Of a DNA stretch of 64,000 nucleotides, positions 1 through 13,093 are shown in pieces. The position numbers and the translations under genes are program-made. This stretch comes from Octopus sinensis (taxonomy: Eukaryota). Position 1 is the first letter of the stretch, and each line of letters starts with the position of its first letter. The notes beneath the pieces were generated by a model, which saw only the letters and a program-made list of their open reading frames with translations, had not been told where the DNA came from and made no database searches. The stretch lies in assembly GCF_006345805.1 (NCBI RefSeq), contig NC_043009.1, positions 70,618,001-70,682,000 of the forward strand, written 5' to 3'.

Positions 1-330
1 TATATTGAAAACGGTTCTGGAATTTACAAATGCATTTAGCTAAATCTTATTAAAATCTATTATATTCACAACAATTTAAATTATTCAGTAAAACAAGTAA
101 ATATTGTTTTTAGTAAACATGCGCCCAGCAAAACAATTTACTTCTTAGTTTTCATATTGCATGGAAATTGACATTAAATTTAATGATTCGAAACAAATAT
201 AGGATGTCTTTCGAAAAATCCAGTTTTCTGAGATGTTTAATGATAGCACTACTTCAAAGTTACGCTACACTTATGTCTGTGCGTGTGAGCGTGTGTGTAT
301 GTGTGAGTGTGGGAGAGTGCGTGTGTATAT

Positions 331-379
<49 letters not shown>

Positions 380-600
380 TGTGTGTGTGTCTGTGTGCGT
401 GTGTATTCTTATATATGGTTAGATGTGTACTGGTGCCACAGAAAACGATGTTCAAAATTCTCAATGATGGTGAGTCCTTCCCAGCACTTGGAAATCTAGT
501 TTTGTATTTACACTATACTGCGGAACCCAAGCTGCCTTTTTGTGCGTCGCACTATATGTATATATGGCATTTTTGAGGATTTTGAACAAACTTCAAGACT

Positions 601-1211
601 AATGAAAAATGTCGGCTCTGCTATAACAGTGTGTAAGACACGACCCACGTTATCAACAGTTGCCACAAAATGTCTGCGAGATACACAAAATGTCTGCTCC
701 GAAGACATGATATAGTTACAAAGACTGTTTACAATGCTATCCACAGGAAGGACTGCCCTGACGTATAGAGCAAAGGAATGTCAGAACCAGCAGGTATTCA
801 CACTTTTAAAAACAAGAAACCCTGCTGGAACATTTCAATAAAAACGAAACATTAATGCGGTGCAAACATAACAGACTTGATATTGGTCAGTGCGACAGGG
901 AAGAAGAGTCACTCAATGACGTAGAGGTCAGCTGCTCAGCGGATGCGAATGTACAATCAAAAGTCCAAGAAAAAGAGAACATTTATGGCGAATTAAAGAG
1001 GAAATTACAGTTCTTGTAGCCTAACTATGAACTCTCATTTGTACTTTTATCATCAGAGTCACATTGGATTATATACCAACGAATTTTCACAAAAACCTAG
1101 AAACACTTGGTTTCACGGAAGAAGAGTGAAAGAAACTGACGCAGATACTCAAAATCCAATTTATTAGTAGCACAGGGAAGTTTCAAAGACTTTTCAAAAA
1201 TTCTTCATGTG
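601..1211 (+). pseudogene. Degraded C-terminus of an RLE-type (R4/Dong/NeSL-like) non-LTR retrotransposon ORF (zinc knuckle plus PD-(D/E)xK endonuclease)
   Basis: Manual translation from 601: NEKCRLCYNSV*DTTHVINSCHKM..RRHDIVTK (CCHC knuckle then RHD). After a frameshift: KHNRLDI..VEVSCSADANVQSKVQEKENIYGEL. Contains stops and frameshifts. Confidence 0.75.
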
Positions 1212-1406
1212 AGATTCCTATGGGAATAGATGCACACATTTACAAACATCGGGAAATTTCTGAACCCAAAAAGTTTTGTCGCCCTGTTAGTGACTGGCTT
1301 GAACTTTCTCCAATTGAACTTAAATTAAACTCTAAGAAAAATCATGAAATCGTACATATGCATCTGTATGTATGCGTGTGTTAATGTGCGTACATGTGAC
1401 TGTGAG

Positions 1407-1494
1407 CAGTGGCGGACTGAGTCTAAAAATATGGTTGCCAGGAGACTAAGGAGGTCCGCTTGCAACTACATTTGTCCACCCGCAACTACAATGC

Positions 1495-1563
<69 letters not shown>

Positions 1564-1768
1564 GTTGGTTAAAAGTATTCTTTTCAACTGTCTACAAACA
1601 TGGCTAAGCTGAAATATTTAATGCATTCTTTCAGGTGTGAATAAAAAATTCTCAGACTTAAGGAGATGGGCCCCTTAGATACTAACATGGGCACCCATGT
1701 AAGGATACTAATGGCGCAGGGGCCCACTTGCCATCGGGCAAGCTGGCAACCTGGCCAGTCCGCCACTG
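1407..1768. mobile_element. Non-autonomous hAT-type MITE
   Basis: Perfect 13-bp TIRs CAGTGGCGGACTG (1407-1419) and CAGTCCGCCACTG (1756-1768). Exact 8-bp TSD ACTGTGAG at 1399-1406 and 1769-1776. Internal (TTA)n at 1496-1562. Confidence 0.9.
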
Positions 1769-2197
1769 ACTGTGAGTGATTATTCGTGAAAGATAACATT
1801 ACTCCTGACAATTTCCTATGTCAGAGAGTATTGGAACAAAAGCAAGCCACAATGAGCGGATGTTTAGAAGAACAAAGAACAATGTAAAAGTTTTTCACTC
1901 GAAAAACAAAATCTTTATATTAATGTGAGATTATTCGGTATGTACAACCATGATTCATAACAGGAACCCTGTCGCTATTTTCCTACACCGAGTTAGAACT
2001 TATGGTGTCCAGTGTCAAAATATTTCCTTCATTCCGGATCGAGTAGCAAATGATATTCATGGTGAGTAATATAAGCTGTTATTCGCCACGACCAGAGCCA
2101 TTCAGCTGCGCTTATTTGGTATCGAAAAGCATTTATTTTCTTTCGGGGATTGGGCTACATTTTTCAATAAAGGTTAATGAAAGCGTTCGCTATTTGA

Positions 2198-2234
2198 CAC
2201 ACACACAGACACAGTCGCGCACACACTCATACCC

Positions 2235-2270
<36 letters not shown>

Positions 2271-2280
2271 CATATAGTTC

Positions 2281-2344
<64 letters not shown>

Positions 2345-2351
2345 CATATAC

Positions 2352-2440
<89 letters not shown>

Positions 2441-2529
2441 TGTGTGTATGTGTGTGTGTGTGTGGTGTGTGTGTGTATGTGTGTGTGTGTATGTGTGTGT
2501 GTGTGTGTGTGGTGTGTGTGTATGTGTAT
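2198..2529. repeat. Compound (CA)n/(TA)n/(TG)n microsatellite
   Basis: Directly visible dinucleotide runs. Confidence 0.95.
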
Positions 2530-3017
2530 AGGGAAGTGAACACACAATTAATTTGATAAAACTTAGATATTTCCCTTCAGGGAAATAAGGAAAGGCGAAA
2601 GACATTGAATCGATTGAAAAATAACTCGTAAATATAAAAATATAATTCTGATTTAAATCGATTAAATATTTAATTCAATTCCTTGTGGATGCTTATTTTT
2701 ATTTATTAGCGTTCGAATATCAATTTCCACCTAATCTGCGTATGTGTGCACCACGCGTTTGCTAATTGATTTCTGTGCCAGTGCGAAGGCGATCAGACAC
2801 AGACACTTTTACCGAGCGGCCTACCTTAGACCCAGAGGCAAAAACCAGAAAATGAGTTGTCAGTGTGAGAGAAGTGCATCAGCGATTACCTAATGCTCTT
2901 TCACAGGTAAGGACTCTCGGAAAGTGTGTAAGGCAAAACCTTATTCAAGGACAAAACACTTTGGTCGTCCATCGTAAGGAAACTCTTCAAATTATTTACA
3001 TGAGACTAACACTCTGA

Positions 3018-3053
<36 letters not shown>

Positions 3054-3075
3054 TTTCTCACTATAAATAAATATA

Positions 3076-3982
3076 TCTATATATATAAAACTGAGAATGC
3101 GTGTGTGTGTGTGTCTGTCTGTCTGTGTGGATTCCTAAAACCTGAGAACTTGAGTAAAGTTATTTGATTGTAGATCTCCTTTCAGTCTTTTTATTATCAC
3201 TCGGTCACACATAGTCCTCACATGGTAACATTGATTTCAAGGCCTTCCCGGATGAGTGACTGGTTATTCAGAGACATTTATAGATTGTAAATTTATTCTG
3301 TCCAGTTACGTATCAGTATAGTGGTCATTTGCAAACTCCAACTTTCATTTCGCCTTAGCCCTCACGTCACACAGTTGTTAATGTTTATTTCAGTTGGGTC
3401 ACGCCTTTCCAATTGCTATAAATACGTAATGCATCTTACGGCTGTGCCTGTCTCCTGGATGGTGAGGAATCCTTCATTGGGAGTGGTAACGAGTAGGGTA
3501 GGGTAACTGACTGTTTATTGTGATCATTCATCTTTTGGTTTCCTGTAGATTTGCTCTACAGTGAACAAACCCAGTGAACATATATTTCCTATTTCAAAGA
3601 AATTCAAACAATAGATATAAGACCCAAGTTAGAAAGATTCTCAACAATTCAACTTCTCTGGTTGACATCAAGATGCCCACCCCCAACAGGGGCCTTAACT
3701 CTCACATTTTAGAGCTCCATGACCTTCGTTTTTCAGGAGCAAAATCTTTTTAACAGGTTCAATAAGACTGGAATTTTGGAATACGCGCATAAAAATCAGT
3801 AGTATGGGATATGTGGCAAGATTACAATTTGGGGGTGGGCGGTGTAAAGAGGGAAATAACCCTCATCTGCAATTTTCATGAAATTTGAAACATAGATATT
3901 CCAGTTCATTAGAGAAAACATAACAGAAAAGTCTAATTCTTCAATTGTATGTAACACAGGCAACGCCGGGTATCTCTGGTAG
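3076..3982 (+). mobile_element. Probable non-autonomous Helitron-like element
   Basis: 5' end A|TCTATATATATAAAA followed by (TG)n(TCTG)n. 3' end GGCAACGCCGGG hairpin core then TATCTCTGGTAG|T (one mismatch from CTAG). Same terminal pattern as 40194-40573. Confidence 0.6.
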
Positions 3983-4107
3983 TGTATATATTTATTTATA
4001 TACTGAACTTTACAGAAGTTCCTACCGTTAATGGTTGTATTTACATCCCGAAATCTACCAGTAAATAATTGTTGTTTTTTTTAAAAACCATTAAAGAAAT
4101 TATTTAC

Positions 4108-4208
<101 letters not shown>

Positions 4209-4240
4209 GTGCGTACGTACGTACATATACATTTATCTAT

Positions 4241-4430
4241 ATAGGGCTAATTTATGGAAAACAAAAGACGAAGACAGGTGTAGGAACAAAAAGCTGGTGT
4301 ATTAGTTTAACCCCCGGAAATAATGGAAAAGTCTTTTACGTTTCAAGCCTACGTTCTTCGACAAGAAAGATTATGAAAAGAAACGGAGAGCGAAACACAT
4401 GGGCAGGGATTAGCGGTTCAACATGATGTC
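4241..4430 (-). mobile_element. ~190-bp repeat module (copy 1 of 3) with degenerate hammerhead-like motif; Penelope-like terminal repeat candidate
   Basis: Reverse complement reads TCTTTCTTGTCGAAGAACGTAGGCTTGAAACGTAAAAGAC...CTTCGTCTTTTG, similar to 48408-48615 and 59244-59432. Ends next to a (TA)n tract. Confidence 0.65.
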
Positions 4431-5564
4431 AAAATATGTGTGTATCTGTCTATATGCTTATAGACATATAATCATGCTCGCCTCCATCTTCTTGGTTAGC
4501 GTTAGTGTGCGAATATTTGCAAAGGAGGATGCTCTCGTTTGCCTCGCGTTTACAGATAGTTAATTGCTGTTATTTGGGATAAATTGGCTCCACTGCACAG
4601 ATTACATGAGATGGGTGACTGATCGGGTTTGGTTTTAATATCTTTGTTTTTCCTCCTTTTTCTCTTATCTGTATGGATGGTTCTGCGGTGACTTCAAAGG
4701 GGGCTGTTGTGTGGAGAGACGAGAGAAGCCAGGCTTCACGGTCATCGGAAAGAACAGACATTGGGTAGGGATCAATGTGACAAGAAAAGGGAGTCCTTCC
4801 ACCACTTTTTTGATGCACACAATCATACAAGATTATTCTCTGTACTCTACGGCATGTAGCGTTTAATCATTTTGGTAAAATATGAAATGGCATGGATGTG
4901 ATAATTAGCAGATTGCTGGAGTACATCAGCATGACATACAACAAACGACTATCCATGAGCACAAGTATTAAAACCTTATCTGGTTATGTATGGTGTCTAA
5001 GGTGATGAGTCATAGTTGTTACGATTTCCTTTGCGGTTGTGCTATTACTGCTTTCAATCACTGGACCGTTAACATTCTCCAACACGGCGATCAGGGGGTT
5101 TCGTTAGTAATTATTTTCAAGTTTGACATTTATTCTATGGAGATATGATGAATAGCACCAATTTGGTAATACGTAGCATGCTTTCAATTCCTGTTTTCAG
5201 CTCCTATATACACAAAAGCTGTTAGAGACATTCTCATAATCCTATTAGTTATTGATTCGATGTAAAGGTCATTATGTTACGACTGCAGAGTAAGATTGCT
5301 TCAATAACAGATTGGTGCCCGTTTTTAGCTGAGCAGATTGCAGAAACGTGAATTGATGTGACTTGCACAAGGACACAAGGCGACAAGAGGATTGTTTCAG
5401 GAATTCAACCTGGAAGTCTTATAAAATGTGTTTAATGTATAAGTATTTAGATTCTCTTTGAAACTAACCGCCATTTTAATTACGTCAGGGATTTTCTGTA
5501 GCTGAGCAAATGAATACAAACGAGTAATTTCGTCTCCATTAAAGACACGCTAATGATCGCTTAC

Positions 5565-5648
5565 CTCGTCTTGTAAACGGTTGACTCGCGGAAGTTCTAC
5601 GCACTGTCAAGTAAATCATGACGAGTGTAACGTCCACATCGACACAAG
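5565..5648 (-). other. Candidate 84-bp host exon
   Basis: Acceptor TCTCTCCAG| and donor GAG|GTAAGC on the minus strand. One open frame (CVDVDVTLVMIYLTVRRTSASQPFTRR). Locally CpG-rich and non-repetitive. No recognised homology. Confidence 0.3.
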
Positions 5649-7074
5649 CTGGAGAGATTGACGTTAATAATTGTACTAGATACGTGGCGGTGGTGATTTC
5701 AGATTTGGCTTACACATGACATACAGTTTTATAAAATCCGGTAACTTATTTATAGAATGTACTTCTTAGTGGTATTGACCTATTACTAATTCTACATAAA
5801 GTAAATTTTCTGATGGACAATCAGTACGGTGAGGTGGATGAAATCTTTGTAAGTATTGGGAAGAAAGAAAAGTATTCGACGGACCTGACTTTTTTTATCT
5901 TTTGGGGTTCATCTTGGGAGATGCTCTGTTGACGCAAATATTTAACGGTTTTCATTGCTACAGGGTATATAAAATGTACCTGTAGGTTTTAGTGAACGCA
6001 TTATGTAATATACAATATCTTCGAGAAGAGGAAAAGATAGACAAACCAAATTTATTTCAATCACAAGATTTCATCAACGATTGAATATTCTACTTTTCTG
6101 CTCATAAAATATTATTGTTGTTAGTAAGTTTAATCAATAAAGAATCGATATACTAACGCAATATAGTATCGATATTATACTGTGCAACAGCGTGTAAGTA
6201 TAGAGGTTAGTCGAAAGTGTGGGTGATCGACGGATGTAAGCTTTATATACAGTATCTGCAAGAAGAGAGAGAAATAAGGTTAAGTAGTTATTTCAATCAC
6301 CTGCTACGGTTACCTCAGACATTGAACACGTTCTGTAACTGTCCACAGACACTATACTCAGCGGCAAATATTTTTCCGTAAAAGACTAAGAATCAGTTCG
6401 ATGTTTATAGACAATATATTTGTGATTTTGGATGTTTTCCCTCCTGCAACCGAATGCTCGTTTTATCTCCCCACAGAAAAGTTTCTTACTTACCAGCATA
6501 CGTCTGAGAGGCTAACTCGCACATATGACAAAGTTTGTTTAATCAGTAAGCGACTGTTGGCGTATCAGTGCTTCGTTTCTGTCCGGCAGAATGATCTATT
6601 GGCTGTAGTCAACACTACATGTATTACACAACTATTAACTTGTTCTTATATGCAATAGTCTGGTAGAGAGAAAAAACAGAGGGATAAGCTTGTTTAAAAG
6701 CACCGTCTTCAGGGACCACGAAAGCTTATGGTATCTCAGCATGAGACTGAAACTGATTTGCTTGAACCTTCTGTATCTAATCTACGAAGAAACTATTTGT
6801 ATATACAGGATGACTAAATCTATTTGTCGCATAGAGTTGGTAAAATGTCTACGGATATAATCCAACATTGAAACCACAATAAATCTGCCAGCTATAGAAA
6901 TTCAGCATTTCCTTTTGTTTGTTAATCCAGTCGAGTTAATCCCCGTTCAGTGCGTGAAACGTTTAGCATGTTACTTTATTGCACAGGAAGTGCATTTTAA
7001 AATCAGGAAGATAGACTTCCCTTTATAGAAGCCACAACAAATATTCTCTTGCAGCGCTTTAACATTCCCAGCTT

Positions 7075-7200
7075 GGACAAGTATTTCTTTTTTTTATAAA
7101 ACTCGAAACGATGAAAGCAAATTTGACCTTGCTGTGATTTGAACTTCGAACACCGTAAGGCATTCTTAACAACGTTATGAGACTTTCAGTTCGTTACGTT
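7075..7200 (-). mobile_element. Degraded SINE fragment (family of 57744-57970)
   Basis: GATGAAAGCAAATTTGACCTTGCTGTGATTTGAACTT is the reverse complement of the SINE central motif. Confidence 0.5.
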
Positions 7201-8652
7201 ATTTAGAATTAAATATCTATTCTCCGTGCATAACCAGCAATACGAGGTATTTAATCTATGCAGACTAATCAAGAAACTCTATAGTCAGCGCCATGAAACC
7301 ATTGTCTTTTGTGTATATGTGTGTGTGTGTATGTGTGTGTGTGTGTGTGTGTGTGTAGTATTACATTTTCCTGTCGGGAGATAGATTTACGGAGGAAAAT
7401 AAAGCGCAGAAAAAGAAGATGCTTTGCTATTTTTTATTTTACTCCTTGTACATTTTGGGTTGAAAATGGCACAGAAGTTAGTTTACCTGTTCGTCTTTCT
7501 GTGATCAATAAAATTAATACGAAAGAGGTACAGCTATTATACTTAAATGCATTCCTGTCCAAATGTTTGCAGCATGGCGCTAATGTCAGAAACATAAGTC
7601 TAAGTACTTGCATAGACGGAAGACGTTTTTCTGAAGTTTTGACTTATAGACATGGCTCCTCCTGGGAGTCCTTATATTAAGTCACGCTTTACGTCAAATC
7701 GCAAAATGCAAAATTTAGAAATATAGGTGGACAGAACATAAACATGGACACAGATAAATGTGCATAAGTGTGTGTTTATATGCGTATACACACACACCTA
7801 CACACACACACATATATTCAAATACATATGTCCGTATGTGTATGTGTGTGTGTGTGCGTGTGTGTGTGTGTGTGTAATTGTGTGTATTGTCTCTAGGCTT
7901 TATTTGAAAGCTTTTGTTCAAATTATCAATTCGATATTTAGAATTCATCTGCATGTTTAGCAAATTTGTTAAACACAGAGCTATGCCAGCAACTATATTT
8001 ACCTCTTACACTTATGCAAATTTCCTTCCGTTAATGATATCGTTTTTCACTATTCATAAGAATTTATATTTTTAACTTCGGCAATTTACAGACGAGTCAA
8101 ACGCTCCTGGAGAAATTTCAACAAAGTCGTCATTATTCACATTAATATAATTATTCTCTCCCTGTTCCTTTCATATTTTATTTACAGATGTTATTTTCCA
8201 TGATACTATGCGTATACTTATTAATCATTCTGATACGACTTTCGAATTTTATCACGATTCTATAAATTCTATCTTCCATACTGGAAGGTGTTTTCTAATT
8301 TATATAAGTTACCAAAGTGGCAAATAGCCAAATTGCAGTAGATCATGTTTTCTGGAAAATACAATCACAGTTTCCTGATGATTGTATTAACATACACATA
8401 CATACACACGGACACATTAGAAAATATACTCAAAACACAAAAACTATTTTAAAGAAAATTAACCACTCCACTCACGACACAAGAACTTTTAAGCGAAACC
8501 GATCGGCGACCAAAGACCAGCATCCATTTCTCCGGTTTCTGACTCAGGATGAATCAATTGCTTCACTCTGACATGAACCTTTCAATTGCTACAGAATTTC
8601 TTTCCTCTCCTTCTAAGTTGGCAATATCTAGTCTATTCAAACTACACTGATC

Positions 8653-8662
8653 TATCTGTATG

Positions 8663-8725
<63 letters not shown>
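8653..8725. repeat. (TATC)n microsatellite
   Basis: Directly visible. Confidence 0.95.
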
Positions 8726-8726
<1 letters not shown>

Positions 8727-8980
8727 CAGAGACAGACAGACGGGCCGAGATAGATAGATAGATTGATTGAGCGATTAATAGTTAGACAGATGGATATAAA
8801 TACACCTGTGAGCCTATGCGTATATATATATATATATATATATGTGCGTGAGTGTGTGTGCATATGTGTGTATTAGTATGTGTGAGTGCGTGTGTATGTG
8901 CACATGTATCTGTGTATATAGACATCGCCCACGCACAGGAAAACACTGGCATACATTGCACCACACACACAAACAGACAC

Positions 8981-9018
<38 letters not shown>

Positions 9019-9781
9019 CACTTCTATATTTAAATACACGTAGCTCTAAAGTATTGCAATGTCTGTTTGTCAGATTAATCACTTATTCTTCTTCCGCTGG
9101 CCAAAGATGGAAAAAGTATATATTATCTATGTCATTGTCTGATACGAAATATTTTGCAGTTCACTACATACATTAGTTTCCTGCTTTTTACCCAGCTTCC
9201 ATAGAGACTGTTGATTTTCCGATGATTGTCCTGCTTTCTATAAAGTTTTTGTTCTGCTGAGAAAACTGCCGAATGAAGTGTCATCTCAAACTACATCAAT
9301 CGACAAGCAGACCGGCTTTGATGTAGTAACTACCAGTGAATGGAATAATTCAATAGCCTTTTTGCTCCTATTTCCTCTGTCTCTCTCTTTCTCTTCATAA
9401 TAAAAGCATCATATTAAATTTAGCCATGCTATGTTAGCTTTTATGATAGCGTTATTTCTAATCATAGTTACCAGGAAAAATAGCCTTGGATTTCAGGCTC
9501 CAGTGAATCGCAACACAATCTTACGCTGCTATGGTTTGAATTCAGAAGTAATTCGAAGAAAACAGCAGCAACAAATGTCACGGACTATCTGCAACCTGTA
9601 ACCAAATCGTACTAACAGGTTTGGTTTCATCTCTCCCACAATTGTTTACCATTACTAGCATCAAAATTACTACGACTCATGCTTCTATTACACAATCAAT
9701 CTTACAGTTTTGTGTGTGTCTGTGTGTAAGAGTATCTCTGCGTGTGTCTGCGTACAATAAGTGATAAACACTCACACACAT

Positions 9782-9816
<35 letters not shown>

Positions 9817-9922
9817 AATATAATCTTTACACTGCTAAATTGCTAAAGTGGATTGTTTTCTCATATCCGAGTGTTTCGTTTGGTTGACCACATATATGTG
9901 TGTGTGTGTTTGGGCGAGGTTT

Positions 9923-9991
<69 letters not shown>

Positions 9992-10818
9992 GTTTGGTTA
10001 ACCACGCAAAAGACTTTATATATAACAAATTAGATTAGTGCTCAATATAATCTATTAAACTCCAAACTCTACAAGTGTGGATACAAAGTGATGTACATTA
10101 CAGCAACATTTGTGATGTAGACAATGATAAATGAAGTGTGAAGAATATATCATGAAGAATAACAAGAAATTAACATGAAGGATATTTCACTGTTTTCGTT
10201 CTATGCTTATTACACTGCGCACATACACAGCGCCTTCATGCATAACATTTTTAGGAAGACGTCCTGGCAGAAATACAATGAACATAGATCAGTTTTTGCC
10301 ATATAAAGAAAGAATGGGAAAATAGAGATTAAAAACTAAAGACCAGAAAAATGGAGAATGAAACTCTGAGAAGGTCACCAGATCAAAACAACAGAATTGA
10401 TCACATACCAAAGTATTTAATGTGTGACATTTGGATCGGACGAATTCAGCTTTCGTCACCCAGTAAGCTTCCAATGTTTGCATTCTCTGTTCCTCAGTTA
10501 ACACATTTTCACTAGTTTTAAGTATTTTGTGATTTCATATAACGGTAAATCTGCAAAATATTCATCATATTTCTAAATGGACTACTCCTTGAAGAAATAA
10601 AGTGAACGTGTTGCAGAATTACAATCGAATGTATAAAGTGAAACGCGAGCGTACGATGGAACCTATGAAATATGAATGACGCTCTTTTCCTCTTATTTCT
10701 CGTGAAATCGTTTACAATTTGATTTCCGAATATACATACATATATATATATACAACTATATATAATATATATAACTATATAAAAATATATATAAAATATA
10801 TATATATATAAATATATA

Positions 10819-10871
<53 letters not shown>

Positions 10872-10925
10872 AAATATATATATATGTGTGTGTGTGTGTG
10901 TGTATGTGTGTATGTATGTATATGT

Positions 10926-11663
10926 GTACTTTGATACTTGGATAAGTTTCGGCCAGTATTTTCCCAGGCTGTGTCTAACATAATAGCACCATTTTGCAAA
11001 GTCATTGAAATCAAGAATCGGACAACATGGCCCTCTCGAGGAGAGAGATATTGTTTATGGAGACATATTCGGGTGTAGGGGGTTTATCTGGGATTTTTTG
11101 AAGGAATTTTATCCAAAGACTTCTTGAACTTCATGGGTCTGTTTCTGCTTTAATGTGTTTTGGAGTAATGTTAAAGAAAGCGGGGAAAATTGAGGTGAAA
11201 TGATTGTACCGTATTAATATTATCTGATCCGAGTATGATTTATACTATGGGCGGGTAGCACGGGGTCCAAGTCTTGGTCGTATCTTAAAGGTGATGCTAA
11301 CATCATTTGGGCAGTGCTGATGGAATATTTCCCACATCATGCAGATGATGTAGCGCTCACGGCGGTGTTGGAGAGAATAAAGCTTGAGCTTTTCTGGTCG
11401 ATCCCAACAGTCAAGGCCTGTCATGCCATATATCTTTTTTGTTATTAACCTTTGAGGTGCTTCAACTTTCATGATACTTTGTTTCGTGTGGAGAGACCAC
11501 CGTGGCCAACAGTATTCAAGGTGGGGTCGGGCAAAAGTAAAGAGGAGAAGGATAATGGTGTGGATACCTCTCGATCTCTCGACTGGAAAGTTCTGAGAAT
11601 CCAGGAACACATTCTGCAGGCCATGTTAACTTTGCTGTTTATATGAGGGGCCCAGCTTACGTT
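10926..11663 (-). mobile_element. 5'-truncated, degraded CR1/L2-group LINE 3' end
   Basis: Translations MACRMCSWILRTFQSRD, RPHLEYCWPRWS and LKLYSLQHRRERY match the C-terminus of the RT ORF at 59707-61073. Frameshifted. Flanked on both sides by TA/TG microsatellites. Confidence 0.85.
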
Positions 11664-11718
11664 GTATGTATGTATGTATGTATATGTGTGTGTATGCATA
11701 TATGTAAGAGTGCATGTA

Positions 11719-11764
<46 letters not shown>

Positions 11765-11766
<2 letters not shown>

Positions 11767-12076
11767 TATGGTGGGGGGCAGAATCGAAGACAAAGCGGTG
11801 TAGGAATGTTTAACTTGGATGACTATGTACTTTAACGGAATTAACAAGCTCTCCAGTGTTTGCGCCCCGCTGACCAGGTGAGTACAGCAACATTCCTTCC
11901 TGATTGCAAGAAGGCTGTTCCGTCACAGAGTTATCCATTTATAGTTGAGTCGACAGGATCAACGACAAATGAAGCCTTTTGTACAAGAACACAACACGCA
12001 ACTGCTTCTCGAATCGAAGTCTTCATCACATGATCGTTAATGCGGAATGTCTCACCACTAGGCTACGCGACTTCAC
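11765..12076 (-). mobile_element. tRNA-derived SINE (CORE-like), diverged
   Basis: Minus strand begins GTGAAGTCGCGTAGCCTAGTGGTGAG (A-box like), then TTCGATTC (B-box like), then GTTGTGTTCTTGTACAAAAGGCTTCATTT (CORE-like). Confidence 0.6.
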
Positions 12077-12145
12077 ATATGCATGTTTGTGTATGTATGT
12101 ATGTATGTATGTATGTATGTATGTATGTATGTATGTATGTATGTA

Positions 12146-12212
<67 letters not shown>

Positions 12213-13093
12213 ATTGATACACAACAGAGGAAAGTAATGAAACGAAATAGCCGCAAGAAATGTATCCTAAATGGTGAGGATAACAGCAGCAACATCCACA
12301 AGAACAACAATGTTGGTTCCATGGTCAACGATGACAAATAATAATGGTTGTTTCGAGAATAGGGACAGTTAATGTCATTTATCAGAGCTGGCGAGTCTAA
12401 ATGGTCACTTCATTTGATGCGCTCAGGCAGACAAATAAAACGGGTGTTCGTCTTCTGCACACTTTCACTCGAACGCATCCACCATTCACGCTTTCAGTTT
12501 CCTTGCCTACCCACACGCTTGCATATAGAATCTACACTCGTCTAGACATGTCTACATTTATAAACACACACGTCCATGATTGTGCCTATGTGTTCACATC
12601 TAAAGATGCATTCATGCACGCATTGCCTGCAGCTACAACACACTCAGCAATCAAACTTCATTAGTAATTGCTATTGCCTTCCTCCTCTAGCAGCACCATT
12701 AGCCATTGCCGTACGCGAGTGAATTTGTCAGGTTCACTTAGTGCATAGACACACTCAGAGCGCTGTCATAGGCAGTGCACATTGCCCGCCGCAGAGTGCG
12801 GCATTAAAACGTGATAATCCAGCTTATTGTTCAAGCTTAGTACATCGTTGACGAAAATTAAGTGAGACCCCTAACGTTATTCTAGGTGTACGGATTATGG
12901 GCGATCTCAATGGATCGGTTCATACGTGTTCGGTCTGAAACCTCGTGGTGGGCTATACAGCTGTGAGAACGGATATGAGCAACCCACTGGAAAAAAACAT
13001 CAATCTCGGAAGCAGGAAGAGGAGAGGACTGGCGATTTGGTCTTCTGCCGCTCCATTGAAACCAGTGGAAATTTGTATAACTTTACGACATTA

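Noticed and set aside
168-576. CVCV/YIYI/HTHT-type ORFs here and throughout the window
   Set aside because: They are translations of stop-free microsatellites, not genes.
2780-2912. Plus-strand exon ending CAG|GTAAGG
   Set aside because: Donor only, with no convincing acceptor or sustained ORF.
10289-10504. MLTEEQRMQTLEAYW resembling a Tc1/maT transposase N-terminus
   Set aside because: Too short, with no catalytic motifs or TIRs found.
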